DNA from: Neoconidiobolus thromboides FSU 785
Taxonomy: Eukaryota > Fungi > Entomophthoromycota
Assembly (NCBI GenBank): GCA_025603075.1
Contig: MU626298.1
Location: forward strand, 73,607 to 137,606
Reading direction: 5' to 3'
Length of the DNA: 64,000 nucleotides
Both the position numbers and the translations under genes were made by a program. Below, in pieces: positions 13,565 through 27,041 of this stretch (the first letter of the stretch is position 1; each line of letters opens with the position of its first letter). The notes beneath the pieces are model-generated. The model made no database searches, had not been told where the DNA came from, and saw only the letters and a program-made list of their open reading frames with translations.

Positions 13565-14800
13565 TTAACATTTTGGTGCAAAATCCAACTTATCAAACCT
13601 TGAGTGTAACTTACGATCTAGATCAGGAATAGTAGCTAGAGAGCACGAAGGATCTTCCATAGCAAATATAGTGTTGATATTATTACATACTTTAATCTCG
13701 AATCTATCATTAACAATATTAGATTGGAACAATTCCAATGAGTGATGGAAATACCCAAACAACCTTGGAGGTGCATGGGGGACTGGATCGTTATAATTAA
13801 CCATTCTGTAGTAAGTCAAGCCCAACTGATTCACATAGCTAGCATATTCCTTGTTTCCCAGCCTTGGTTGACCAAATGTGAATACTTTGATTCTTTCTTT
13901 TGGTAAATTCAATTTATAATAAGCTTTTACTGCACTCAAACCAGCGATTGCACCACCCAAACTATGGCCTGTAAAAATTAAAGTATACCCTTGATCTTGT
14001 CTCAACAATTCCTGTAAACTTTGTACCATTGATTCAAACAAAGAATTGGTCATAGTAAGGAAACCATTGTGAACTTTTAAATTTCTTACTTTAAATAAAT
14101 TGTTATCAAAATCTAAAAAGTCATTCAAAACAATATTAATATCTTGAATTAAATTGATTTCCGTTTCTGTGCCTCGAAAACTTATTATGATTTCTTTTCT
14201 ACCTTCATTGACCACAATTACACCTTTAGTTTGTAAGTTTGAATTACTTAGGACTTTATGAACCCTGTTTCCACTACCTAAAGACTGGCAGTATCGACAT
14301 TGCCAGTTAAATAATAGATCGTCGTTACATTTTGCTATACCTGCGTATTGGCCATAGTAGTTTATATTGTTCAATAAGTCAGGTGCTGCTAACTCATTAG
14401 CTACCTGTTCCTCTTTTGGTTGGATTGGGTGTTCTATCATCTCAGTAAGAAATGGAGGTAGATTTATTGTGTTGTTTGCTAACAACTCCTTCAATACATT
14501 TGTATCTAAGGTTTTAGTTTGATTTAATTTTTCTATAATATTACTGTCAATAAGCTGTTTTATAAAATCACTGTCTTTGAGTTTGTCAACTATTTCAGTG
14601 TTTTTGATTTCTTCAGCTATTCCATTGTCTTTAATGTCTTTGATTATTTCACTGTTTTTGATGTCTTCTATAAACTTGTTGTGCTGAAGCTGATCGATTA
14701 TTTTTTCAGGATCGAATGAGTCACTGCTATTCACTGCTCCATTATTAAGGAAGGATAAAATGACACTTAATAGAAAAAATAATATAGAGTTCAATAACAT
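13565..14800 (-). CDS. Secreted class 3 triacylglycerol lipase with a repetitive propeptide
   Basis: Signal peptide, SFRGT oxyanion/lid region, VHNGF, GHSLGG nucleophile elbow, TFGQPRLGN, NDPVPHAPP; single exon of 411 aa. Confidence 0.95.
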   Translation of the reverse strand: MLLNSILFFLLSVILSFLNNGAVNSSDSFDPEKIIDQLQHNKFIEDIKNSEIIKDIKDNGIAEEIKNTEIVDKLKDSDFIKQLIDSNIIEKLNQTKTLDTNVLKELLANNTINLPPFLTEMIEHPIQPKEEQVANELAAPDLLNNINYYGQYAGIAKCNDDLLFNWQCRYCQSLGSGNRVHKVLSNSNLQTKGVIVVNEGRKEIIISFRGTETEINLIQDINIVLNDFLDFDNNLFKVRNLKVHNGFLTMTNSLFESMVQSLQELLRQDQGYTLIFTGHSLGGAIAGLSAVKAYYKLNLPKERIKVFTFGQPRLGNKEYASYVNQLGLTYYRMVNYNDPVPHAPPRLFGYFHHSLELFQSNIVNDRFEIKVCNNINTIFAMEDPSCSLATIPDLDRKLHSRFDKLDFAPKC

Positions 14801-15220
14801 TGCTTATATTTATGTTAATATATTATATGGATGTATATGATATATGAAAAGTAGTAAGAAGTATTAATTGAAAGTTCAATATTAAACCTTATTTACATAA
14901 ATAATAGATTTTCAGTTATTTTATTTTACTAGCGAATATCGCTACCCTTTTTACTCATTTGTTTAATACCCATATGTTCTTTGTTTACAAGTTGATTTCA
15001 TATAATAATAAAACTATCAGCACTTTCTTTTATAACGTTTTACTTTTTATTACGGATCTCAAAAATAGCCAGCAATTTAAAATTAACCGTTAATTCATAA
15101 CTTTAATTTGATAATTAAATGGACTAAATTTAAATTAAATTTTATTAAGTATTAGTAGTTAATTAATTAATAACATTAGCTATACAGGGGATTGGATTAA
15201 AATGACTGTAGAATAGTAAG

Positions 15221-15454
15221 TTAAACTTCTTTAGCAATGAGAGGGGTTATAGACAATCTTAGAGTTTCCACTTTTTGGCCATCTTTTAGTATAAAGCCCT
15301 CCTCAATCATTCTATCAAACTCTTCCTTTTTAATCCCTTCAAGTTTACTGCTTACTTCGATCCCAAGCTCTTCCTCAACTAACTTTGCACTTCTTCCCAT
15401 CAACTTGGCGCTCAGTCTCCGACATTTTTTTATATTATCAATTAGCATAGACAT
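15221..15454 (-). other. Short unassigned ORF or gene fragment
   Basis: Higher-GC island whose translation reads like protein (EEELGIEVSSKLEGIKKEEFDRMIEEGFILKDGQKVETLRLSITP); no family recognised and start uncertain. Confidence 0.3.
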
Positions 15455-16222
15455 TATTAAAATAAATTAGTGTTTTTTTACGATTTAAAAGTGGGTATAT
15501 GCTTTTTATATTCGTTTCTAAGAATTTAATTTATTTTTTGAAGGTGAAGAGAGTTCCCTATTTAAATTTTAATATATGTCTTTATTTTATTCTTATTTTT
15601 GATCATTTTCCCTATTATGTAGTTTAATTATAGTTGCTAAAAATTCTAATGCAGCCTGTTACCCTTTTCATTTACTTGAATAAATTAGTAATCATTGTTT
15701 AATCAGTGTTATTGAGTATTATAAATAACATGGTTGATTTTATTCCATATAATCGGATACTTTTATCTTTGCATTTTTTACAAAATTCTCTAATAAGATC
15801 AAAATTAATTAGTTCCATTTAATTCATTAACTTATAATAAAATTCATAGGAATCAAATATCAATAAAGTCAGAATAATCGATTTACTTTTCTATTTATTG
15901 ACTTGCATTATTAATAAAATTAAAATGAAAATATTAATGTTTGTATGAAAAATGGGTGAAATAAATATTAATAGAATACTTTGTTTATTTTGACTTAATA
16001 GCTAAATTATATTTAAATTTAAAACCTTAATTTTTAGATGGTTCGAATTTAATTTGGTTTCATATTAGTTATAATTAAAATAAACCCCATTTTTTGTGCT
16101 TTATTTCTTATAATTTTAGCTATTATCTCATATTAATAAAAGCAATCTCATTTAGTCCATTTTACATAAAAACGTCTCATTGCTTCACTTTTTTAATATA
16201 CAAAAATGTCTTGTTTATTTTG

Positions 16223-17977
16223 TTAAAAATTTAACTTAATAGTAGGAGATTCTGGTAACGAATTATCTAAAGGAAGAGGAGGTTGATCATGATTGAGATG
16301 AAAAGAGTGAACAATAGTAGGTTTACTTTTACCTAAAAATAATACCCTTTTGACACTGTTTTTAACTTCTTTTTCATCAAAACTATCTATTGAATCATTG
16401 AGTTCTGCTTCATTGTTAGTATGATTGTTGTGGCTGTAATTATTGTTAATATTCTCTATCTTATTTTGTGTTATTTGAAATACTGTTTTTGGCTGACTTT
16501 CTTCATAGTACTTTGAATAGTGCTCATACACTTTTTTGCCAAAATAATCTCTTACTTTTAAATTGAATATTAAGCTTATGATGCATACAGTAAGTGTTAC
16601 GCTAACTATTAAAATATTTAAAGGAATTATTAGTGAAATACAAATTAACTTACGCAAATAAATGGTAGGAAATAAATAGCTACGATATAATGGCGGCAAA
16701 CTTCCAGTAATATTTAATTTGATGTTTAACCCATTTAACTCTTTTTTGATATTTATAATACTTGCTAATGGGTTTAAAAATGGGTTGATATAGCTTTGTT
16801 CAGATAGTGGGACAGGTAACGGCTCAAAATCCTTATTTAGAAGAGGAGTTACATTTAATGAAAAACATTGAAATATTAGGATCAATGACAATAATACAAA
16901 TGTCATCAGATATAATATATACCCTACTATCATCTTTTTGTTTTCATTATAAATCTAGATAAAAAGATAATTAATATATTGCTATTATACTAACATTGAT
17001 ACTACTATTACCGAATAGAATCCAATTAAAGTAAACGCCAAACATAAATCAATGCTAATGGCTAATATAGCAATAACGTCTGGCAATGAACGATACCAAA
17101 ATAAAGTAGATATTTGAAAGCAAGTGATTAAAATCAATCCTGCACTTAATTTGTGTAATAATATTGTACAATCATACCATTTTATCATGACTGAAATAAT
17201 TAATTTTAGTCGAAACATACGATAATAATAAGTTTACTGTTTGTTTTAAAATCATTCATAGATAAGTTGTGATTATTATACCATCTTGGATCTATATTGG
17301 CCAAAAATAACAGTGTCAATAGACAGGGAACGTAACACACATTTAAGATCAAAAATAAAATATCAATATAAATAAACAGTCGATAATATGTTATATTCAT
17401 ATTGGTTAGATGCTAATTGAAATTAAGATTAGTTCAATAATGTAATAGCAGATATTATTCTTGAGTTACTTCATATCCTCTGTTTAACTTTAATATGATA
17501 TAACCATTGATAATAAAATCAAGGATTAGACTACTGAAAAGTTGTAAGTTTAATTTTTTTATACACTAAATAAAACATTAAATAAGTGATCCGAATAAAG
17601 TATAATAGTAAGTTTACCCCATCCCAGATTAAAAACAGTTGAAACGAGAACAAAAAAAATAATTGTAAGTGAAAAAAATATTGAAAGTTATAATTTGCAA
17701 TATTTGTATCATAATTGTTATCATTAATGTAGAAGTAAATGCCTAGTATCAAGTTAGTTAATCCTAATAGCACATATCGTATTATATTCAAAATCAATAT
17801 CCTTTGTCCTTGTTTATTATTTGGTATCTATAATTAATTTATTAAACAAAAATATTATAGCATATGTTGTCTTACCATCCAGTAAAACCTGGGCCTTGAT
17901 TCATCTAGGATAAAGTTGGACATTAAAGTGGCTGTGGAATTGGAATCCAGAGCATGTAGATAAGGATGTTGTAGCAT
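16223..17977 (-). CDS. Hypothetical multi-pass membrane protein (about 5-6 exons, ~7-8 hydrophobic segments)
   Basis: ATG at 17977 (MLQHPYLHALDSN..); successive hydrophobic ORF pieces (17797-17531, 17400-17206, 17218-16985, 16933-16223) joined by plausible GT-AG introns; hydrophilic C-tail. Confidence 0.65.
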
Positions 17978-19164
17978 TAAAACTAAGATTTACACACTAT
18001 TTTAAAAAAATGAAATTAAAGAGAACTTTAGTTGCTTTTATGTCAAATTTACTTCTTTTTTATGGTTGGATTTAGCTGCTTTTTTCACATTGCTTTTTAA
18101 CTTTGTTATAACGGCTTATTTATATTTTCATCTTGACTTTTGACTATTTTTTCTCACTTAAGTTGTATTTTAATTTCACCATTATCAGATAAAAAATAAT
18201 ATAAATAAACCCCTGACATAAATAATAAACTACAATGAAACAATAAAATATGAAATAACACTAATACTGTCAAATAAATTCTAGTATAGTATCTTTTATC
18301 TGAAGCTAAAAATAATATTTACTTGTAACTAAACTTTATGTTGCCTTAAAGTGCCATTTTTTAACGGCCTTTTAAAAGTTTGTAAAGTTTTCAACTATAC
18401 TAAATTTATTATTGATGAAGTAAATAGATATAATATTATAGTAATCTTTATTTAACAATATCTTTAAATTAATATTTCTTTTTTAACGGAAATTATATGT
18501 ATTTTGACATGCCTGGAGTATAAGTTTCGTATATTTTATTTTCTTAAATAGGAAGGAGTTTTAGTACTTAAATTTATGGCCAAATGGCCTGTGGGCCTTT
18601 TTTGATAAGTGAAAAAAACTCAAGGATTTTATTTATATTGCTCAATACAAATAAACAATTATATTAACATTTATGTAAATACCAAACAATCACTTATAAT
18701 AATAAGTCTAAATTGTACTAAATTTCTTAAAGATAGTTGTTTAAATTTAATTTAAGTTCTTAATTCAACACTATGATATGAGGTAGATTTTTTGACCCTT
18801 GGAAAAAAACTTGTGCTTAAATTGTGATGGCCTTTTAAAAACAGATCAAAATTTGGGTTTTAATCTAAGCTTTAAAAAAATATATATCCCAGTATAGACC
18901 TGCCATAGCTTTATTGCGAACTTCTAATTCATTTAAAAATAATTATCTGCTGAAACTAGGATAAAAATTCTTTAATAGGCTCTTACGAGAAAAACGAATA
19001 GCTAACTCTAAAGATTGCTGTAAATTATATCATAATAGAGTTACAATATTAAAATAAGTTTTTGGAATTTTCTCTAAAAAGGAATTAAATCAAGAACCCA
19101 TAATAGTTCATAAACCAAAATTTAATAATCATAAAGTGAATCAGTGACTTTTTAAACTTACAAA

Positions 19165-21429
19165 ATGCCAAGTTTATTTAATAAGGATAGCTTACCAGCT
19201 AGTGAGAACGAAATAGATTTTAGTGATTTGGAAAGAGAATATGCCTTAGAATTTGAAAACAACTTTGACAACTTGATCGTAGTGGACGGATTACCAAAAG
19301 TAGACGAGAGCAAATATGACAAACTTATAACAGTTGTTCAAAAGATCTTCAAAAAATATGGTACTTTGGTTCAAGATAATATTGTTATGCCAATGTCCGA
19401 AAAAGATGGTAAAAATACCTCTGAAGGGTAAACATATTTTCTATTTTCTATTTGCTATATTAAATCGCTTTTTAGTTTCCTTTTCTTGGAGTTTGAAAAC
19501 GCTGAACAAGCAGCACTTGCTATCAAACATGTTAACGGCTATCCTTTTGATAAAAAACACACTTTAGCTGTAAATAAATTTACCGACGTAGAAACCTATA
19601 GCGCTTTAAGTAATGACTACATTGAGCCAGAACTTGAAGAGTATGTTGAAAAAGAACATTTATTAAGCCATCTTTCAGATAGCCTTGCAAGAGATCAATT
19701 TGTTACTTTGATTGGTGACAACACATCTATTGTATGGAACAACCGTACAGAAGCTCCAGAATCTCTATTCAGCCGTAAATTATGGACTGAAACTTATACC
19801 CAATGGTCTCCACAAGGTACTTATTTATGTAGTCTCCATCCTCAAGGTGTAGCTCTTTGGGGAGGTGCTAGTTGGAACAAAATTGTACGTTTCGTACATC
19901 CAGGTGTCAAATTAATTGATTTTTCACCAAGTGAACGTTATATTGTTACTTGGTCCAATGATCCTATAGTGGCTGGGTCGGGCGCTGCTCCAGGTGCTAC
20001 TTCTCCTTTTGGTGAAGAAAATGAAGGTCATCAAATTTGTATATGGGATGTCAAAACTGGTGTACTTTTAAGATCTTTCCCTAACACTCAACAAACTGTC
20101 CCTGATAGTGACTCCCCTACTAAGATCACCTGGCCTGTATTCAAATGGTCTCCTAATGATGTTTACTTTGCACGTGTTATACCTGGTCAAATGCTTTCAA
20201 TTTATTCTGCTCCAGATATGGGCTTAGTAGATAAAAAATCCCTCAAAGTTGAAGGTATTATTGATTTTGAGTGGGCACCAGCACATAAAAAGGTAGATAA
20301 GAAAGGAGAAAGTAAAACTAAAGAAGGAGATGATATGCTTGCTTATTGGACCCCAGAGTTGGCCAATACACCAGCAAGAGTAACATTAATCTCTGTACCA
20401 TCTAAAGAGATACTAAGGACTAAGAATCTTTTCAACGTAAGCGACTGTAAACTCCACTGGCATAAGAATGGTGAGCTCTTAGCAGTAAGAGTGAATCGAT
20501 TTACCAAGTCTAAAAAATCAACCTTTTCAAATGTTGAAATCTTCAGAGTTAGAGAAAAGGACATACCAGTTGAAGTTATTGAGATTAAAGACACTATCTT
20601 ACAATTCGCTTGGGAACCATCTAATAATCAACGTTTCGGTTTCATTGCTACTGGTGATGCTCCTCCAACTGCTCCTACCGCTCCTGGTATGGCTCCACCT
20701 ACTCCAAAAACAAATGTCAGCTTTTATGGCCGTGAAATTAAAAAGGGAAGCAAAAATACAGTATCAAAGGATGAATTTAAATTGATTACTACCCTTGATA
20801 AAAAGACTGTAAATAGTTTAGTATGGTCACCAAAAGGACGTCACTTCGTTCTTGCCACCCTTCGTTCCAAGACAATGAGTAGTATTGAGTTCTGGGATAT
20901 TGACTTTGAACTTGAAAGCAAAAAGGACAGTAGTTCCAACTTGCATATGATTGGTTCTCCTGAACATTATGGACTTACCGATATCGAATGGGATCCTACT
21001 GGTCGCTATGTTATTACCAGTTCTTCAATGTGGCACCATGAAATAGAAAATGGTTTCTGTATTTGGGACTTTAAGGGTACTCCCTTATATAAGAAACCAA
21101 TTGAAAACTTCAAACAAATCTTATGGCGCCCAAGACCTAAGTCTCTGTTATCTATGGAACAAAAACGTAAAGTGCGTAAGAACCTCAACACCTACTCCAA
21201 ACAATTTGATGAAGAGGATGCTATGTCCCGTAACGCTATTTCAGCTGCTGAACTTGCTCATCGCAAACGCCTTAATGATGAATGGAAGGCATGGCGTAGT
21301 ATTATTGAAAAACAACTTGCCGATAAGAGGATGGATAGCTCTGCAACTCAACTTGATGATAAAGAAGAAGAAATTGAGGAATGGGTCGAAGAGGTTGTTG
21401 AAGAATTTGAAGAGGTTGTTGAGGAATAG
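19165..21429 (+). CDS. PRT1: Translation initiation factor eIF3 subunit b (intron 19428-19475)
   Basis: N-terminal RRM (IVVDGLPKV, spliced RNP1 EGFLFLEF, GYPFDKKHTL), WD40 propeller (WTETYTQWSPQGTYL, WDPTGRYV), acidic C-terminus EEIEEWVEEVVEE. Confidence 0.97.
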
Positions 21430-21486
21430 AGGCTTTGAAAATCGTATTGACTTATTAATAAAAGATAGTAATTATTTTCATTCAAA

Positions 21487-21606
21487 ATATGGTATTTCCA
21501 ATGTTTTTTTGGCTTCATCACTTTTTCCATCTTTCAAGCACCATTTGAGTGGAAAAATTGTTGACAAAATTGTTGATAAAATTGTTGAATACAAAAATTT
21601 TATTCC
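21487..21606 (-). mobile_element. ~99-bp MITE copy 7, degenerate with an internal duplication
   Basis: TTTTTTGGCTTCATCACTTTTTCCATCTTTCAAGCACCATTTGAGTGGAAAAATTGTTG matches the family; AAAATTGTTG is repeated; termini eroded. Confidence 0.75.
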
Positions 21607-22074
21607 TAAAAATATAAAGCTTTATAAAATATAGAAATTAAAAAGATATGCTTAAAAGTTAAATTAAAATTAAAATTGATATCATGAATAGTAATTATAC
21701 ATAAATTATTTTAAAAAATTATCCAATAAAGATAATTTTCATGATAAAAGTGTTAAATTTCGTATGCGATTAAGCTAGTGTATTCGATGCTCTATTTCAT
21801 GACTTAATGACTTTATACTGTTTATTGATTTGAATTAAATTTAATAATACAAGAAAGACGAAATTCAAACAACTTATTTTTTTAAAGCAATATAAATCAA
21901 ATTTAATTTTTAATATTCTATAATAATTTCTACAACTTTTATCTCTTACATAACACTTAGTTTAAGCCAATAAACTATCAACTATTACCACTTGTGTAAA
22001 AAAGGAAAGTGAGCTTCCAAAAATCGGGCTAGTAATTTCAAAACTTATCTTTTGATAAAATTCAAGTTATCAGG

Positions 22075-25000
22075 ATGGAAAGTAAAGGAGATAAAGCGGA
22101 CAAAGGGAATAACGAGAACATATCGAGTACAAATTCTCCTATGAATGGAGCCCAGATTGATCTAACAAATGTTGAATGCATAGGAGGAACTAATAAAGTA
22201 GAAAAAAGAAATAATAATATATATCTAAAATATAGTAATTATATGAAAAATTATGTATCCAAAGATAGGCCTGAGTTTGAGCAAGTCACTGAGGATCAGT
22301 TACAAGAAATATTTAATAAAGTTTATACGGAGGTAAGTATAGAAAATTGATTGTTTTACAAAAAGTTCTCACTTTAAATTTTAGATTTTGGAACAAAAAA
22401 AAGAGTTTTGGGAAATAGTTTTAAAACTGACAGATGAAGAAATCTTTATTGCAAGCGACTTCGAAGTTTCTGCTAAGAAAGATGTTAGAGAATCACATCA
22501 ACAAAGCACACCTACTTTGGTAAATAATGAATCTATGATATCCCCTTCGACAAATTTGGATGGAATAAATAATAAAAATAGGCACAGGGACCAATCCAAT
22601 ACTGACGAAACACAAAATGATAGTAAAGTTTATTCAAATAGAAAACTTTTTAACTTAATTTTTAGATCAAGTAATTGACCTTTCACAAATAACGGTAATT
22701 AATTTATTTTAATCCGGTTCTATTACCAATTTGAATTTACGTATAATAAGCTAACTATAAATAGCCCAAAAAAAAGCAGGCCGCAGGAAACCTGTCAAGA
22801 ACAGCATTGATAAATTTACAAGAAGCAGAGATTGACACTTATTCTCAATCTGCGATACGTGCTATGGTATATTTTTACTCATTCGTTTGATTTGCTAAAA
22901 ATACATCTTGATAAAATTGATTACTTATCCTGTTTTAGCTTTCCGCTGCATTAACGCATCTTTCTACTGTTGAAACTGAAGCAAAGCTTGATCGAGCTAC
23001 ATTTAATAAAGAGGTAGTTAACAGGTTATGGATTAGATGAACGTGTATATTAATTTGTTTTTTATAGAAAGTCATAAAAGATAATATTATTGAAGACCTT
23101 AAAGCTGAAGTTGCAGGCTGTAAGCTTCTGTTACGATCAGTAAGAAATTCTAATTATTGTATCTATCTTTTAATACTTTTAGTACCAAGAAGGCATCGAA
23201 CTTAGAAATATTGAAGAAAAACTAAGGATGAAAGAAGTAGAAGTACTTCAAAGGAAATATACTGAATGTTTATATGAACTTAATAATTATAAGCTTTCAA
23301 CTCAGAATTTCTCTCCTATAGTCAATACAAATTTACATAATAATGAATCAGATCAAGCTCCCCGAGAACCACAGTCTACCCAGTTTCATAAAGAAGTCCA
23401 TGCTGAACCTCATAACGAAAGATATGAACCTGCAGAGTCAAGACCACAGTATCAAAATCAAGATGAAGTAGATAACAATTTTAATCCGAACCAAACCTTT
23501 CCTGGATTGGTAAACTAGTTTATTTGTGATGTTGATAATTTATTTAACTAATTTCAAGAATGAAAATAAATCTATAAATATGGACGATACCTTTACTTCA
23601 ACAAGGAGCGTTCATTTTAATATACCTCCAAGGCAAATAAGTTCAATTTCTAATCCAGATCCTATATCATTAGATAATAGGACAAGGAGTAGAAATAAAG
23701 GGTCTGTTCAATTACAGTCAACGTCATCGACACGCGTTCAAAAAAGTCCCCCAAATCGTTTAAAGACTAAGTCTCGACGTAAAACAAATGATCTTGATTT
23801 AAGTTTAAGCGAAATTGAAGATTTTGTTGAGGAAAATCCACCTATTCGTATAAGTGGTTTCCATAACGTATGATTTATAAATTGTTTAAAAAAATTTACT
23901 AATTTTTCTAGGGAAATAATCATAAGGAGGTACCAGTATTCCATAAAGAAGTTATTAATCCTACTAGGCATATTTCACTCTTGAAAAGTTATGGACAAAA
24001 AGAAAGTCAAACTTCAACTCATAATCAAAGGCGACTTCAATCTCAAATCAAAAACCAAAATCAACAACTTCAAAATCAAAACCATCGTCAGCCTCGTTCC
24101 CAATTTAATAAAAACGATCATGAAATAGAGGGTCAGGATTTGCGTTATAGTCACAAATCTATAAACAATGAGTATGAGCTTTTGATCAATAAAACAAATC
24201 AGCAAAGGGATTATGCTCATTCATTAACAAGACATAAGACAGTAAATTATACAACCTCAAACGATATTCAAGCTAAAGTATCACTAACTCAACGTCCAAC
24301 TACTGTCAGTCAGTACGATCCTGGCACGCATAGACATACAGAAGATAATTCACATATTGAGCAGCAAATGTACACAGATTTGCATACGGAACATTCACAA
24401 AATCGATTTAGAGCCTTAAAACCGAAGCCTTACTATAGTAGCGCAAAAGCAGTCAGAATGGATGTTAGACGCCCTGAATTAACTCATCATCGCCCTCCTT
24501 ACTTAGACTGTATTGCTTTTTGTTTTGTTATTTAATTTTATGTCCTAATATTTAATATAGTAGCTGAGCCAGTGATACCACAAATGCAAAAGAGAAGCCA
24601 AAATGCTCCAGTTGGTGCCTATTTCGATCCTAACAAAAGGATGGCGGTGGTCCATCCAGGAGTGGAGCTAGGGACAACCTATAGATCAGAAAAAGATATT
24701 CAAGGAGATCCGAAATTTGTTGACTTCCAAGGACCTGTAGGCCATCAGAACCACATAAATTATGGTCCAAATTCAGAAGTAATAATTAGTCGCCCAAATC
24801 ACCAGCCAGTGGCTATGAATCCAAATCATCAGTTAACAAATATACGTCCAAGCCATCAACCGATATCTACAAATTCAAACCAACAACCAATAAATATTCG
24901 GTCTAATAATCAGCCATTGCCCCCCAACCAAAATAATGAAGCAACTAGAAATCAGGCTCCAGCTACTGAAATAGGGTCAAAAAATACTTTTGTTCCAGAA

Positions 25001-25177
25001 GAAGCAAGTGCGAGTAAACAGAAGCAAAAGGAGGGATCCAATGAAGGTAAAAAAGCTAAAAAGAATAAGGTAATATCGTTTAAGAAGCAACGCGAAAAAC
25101 AAAATGGTAAAGAAAAAGAGAATGAAAGGATTAATGACACATTGTTTGCCTCGGGGAAAAAAGGTATTAAGAAATAA
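22075..25177 (+). CDS. Hypothetical multi-exon protein: coiled-coil middle, Q/N/P-rich low-complexity C-half, basic tail
   Basis: Chain of ORF pieces linked by short GT-AG introns (e.g. 22333-22384); spliced segment reads ..KVIKDNIIEDLKAEVAGCKLLLRS..EEKLRMKEVEVLQRKY..; could be more than one gene. Confidence 0.6.
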
Positions 25178-26332
25178 GGAGCTGTAGGAAGGATGTTTGA
25201 TCTTTTAATGGCTATAAATAGTTGATGGTAGAATGGAAGCATTATGTGTTTATTATATGTTGAGAAATGAAATGTTGTGGCCGAAAAAGGAATAAAATGA
25301 TATGTTTTATGCTCTTAAATTAAAAATGGCCTTTACTTATTTTACTGTTGAAAAGATGCTATTATTTGATACCACATGTATACTAATTCCTGCTTTGTTA
25401 ATTTTAAACAAAAAACTTATCAATCCAAAATTGTAAATAAATTAAAACTATAAAATAAAAACAAGTAATAAGAAGCTTATAAAATATGGAGAAAAGCTGC
25501 TATTTTATTTTTTTAAAACTGATATCCCTATAAAAAAAATATCAGTAATTAATATAATTAAACTACAATCCAAATCCACTAAATAATTTTTAATAATAAT
25601 ACAAGGAGTAGATAAAATAATAATAATGTTTTCAAAATAATAGTATAAACTTTAATACAATAATTAATTTTAAGTTATATCTTTGACTTTATTCTTAAGT
25701 TTGAATGTTTAGACCCAGTGTTTATATTTTAATTCAGTATTAAACATTGTATATTTGACAACAAGACTGAGTTGTTAATATTTATAAATTAAAATTTTAA
25801 ATATGAATACAAATTAGTTAAAATATTCAAAAATTCGAAAAAATGAATAAAAATTCAACTGTATCAAAAAGGACAACTTGAATTAAGCAAAGTCTGCAAA
25901 GAAGGATCGAATTAGGTGGGAATTCAAAATAAGTCTAAGAATTGAGAATAGTAGTTATCGTAAGTGATACTATCCTCTTTTTAACTCTGATTGCATAAGG
26001 TAGGTGACATGCATCCATTTTAAAATTAGAATAAGAAGAATAAGAGGAGAAGACTTGATGGGTTAAAGAAAGGAAATTAAGAGGAAGAAAAGGATCGAAA
26101 AGAAGTTATTTTAATATACCAAAATTGTGGGCGGCAGAGGTTAAATGTTAAAAGACAAAAGAAAACGAAGAAAAAACGGGAAACAATACATCCAAAAGTT
26201 ATAACCCAGAAATATTAACCAGTCACATCAAATTGAGTCTATCTTATTCATCTTATTCGAAATTAGCTATAGTTAATCAACAAATTTATAAACAATAAAA
26301 CTGACATATTAATTAAAGGAGTCTTATTATCA

Positions 26333-27041
26333 ATGGCTGTATATTCTGCTATCCCTGCCAACCCAGAAAAATGTAATTTTTAATTTAAATCTTAATCATC
26401 AAATTTTAATTCAAATTTCAGCTGCCCGTGCCAGAGGCTCCGATCTTCGTGTTCACTACAAGGTAAAAAAACTTTATAATTTTAAAGATTTTAATTAATT
26501 TAAAATCAAAGAATACTCATGAAGCTGCCGTCGTACTCAAGGGTATGAAAGTACAAAAAGCTCTTGCTTACCTTGAAGCTGTTAAAGAACACAAGCGTTG
26601 CGTACCATTCCGTCGTTATAACGGTGGAGTTGGTCGTACCGCTCAAGCTAAAGAGTTCAATACCACTCAAGGTCGTTGGCCCGTAAAGAGTGTTAAGTAT
26701 CTTTCCGATCTTTTAAAGAATTTAGTCTCCAACGCTGAACTTAAAGGTCTTGATGCTGAAGCTTTAGTTATTAAACACATTCAAGTTAACCAAGCCCGTC
26801 ACCAACGTAGACGTACTTACCGTGCTCATGGTCGTGTTAACCGTAATTATTTTTATTATTTCTATGAGTTTTTTAGAGATTTATTTTTTTTTGATTAATA
26901 GCATACATGTCTTCCCCATGTCATATTGAAATTATTGCTACTGAAGCAGGAAAAATCGTAGCTAAAGCTAAGGAACCAAAAGTACTTCGTAAGTTATCCG
27001 TACGTCAACTCGGAAACAAAGCTGCACGTTTCCAAAATTAG
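26333..27041 (+). CDS. RPL17: 60S ribosomal protein L17 (uL22), 3 introns
   Basis: [84 protein letters not shown]. Confidence 0.98.

Noticed and set aside
25900-26200. Possible box C/D snoRNA upstream of RPL17 or in its introns
   Set aside because: No proper C box or terminal stem, and the introns are too short.
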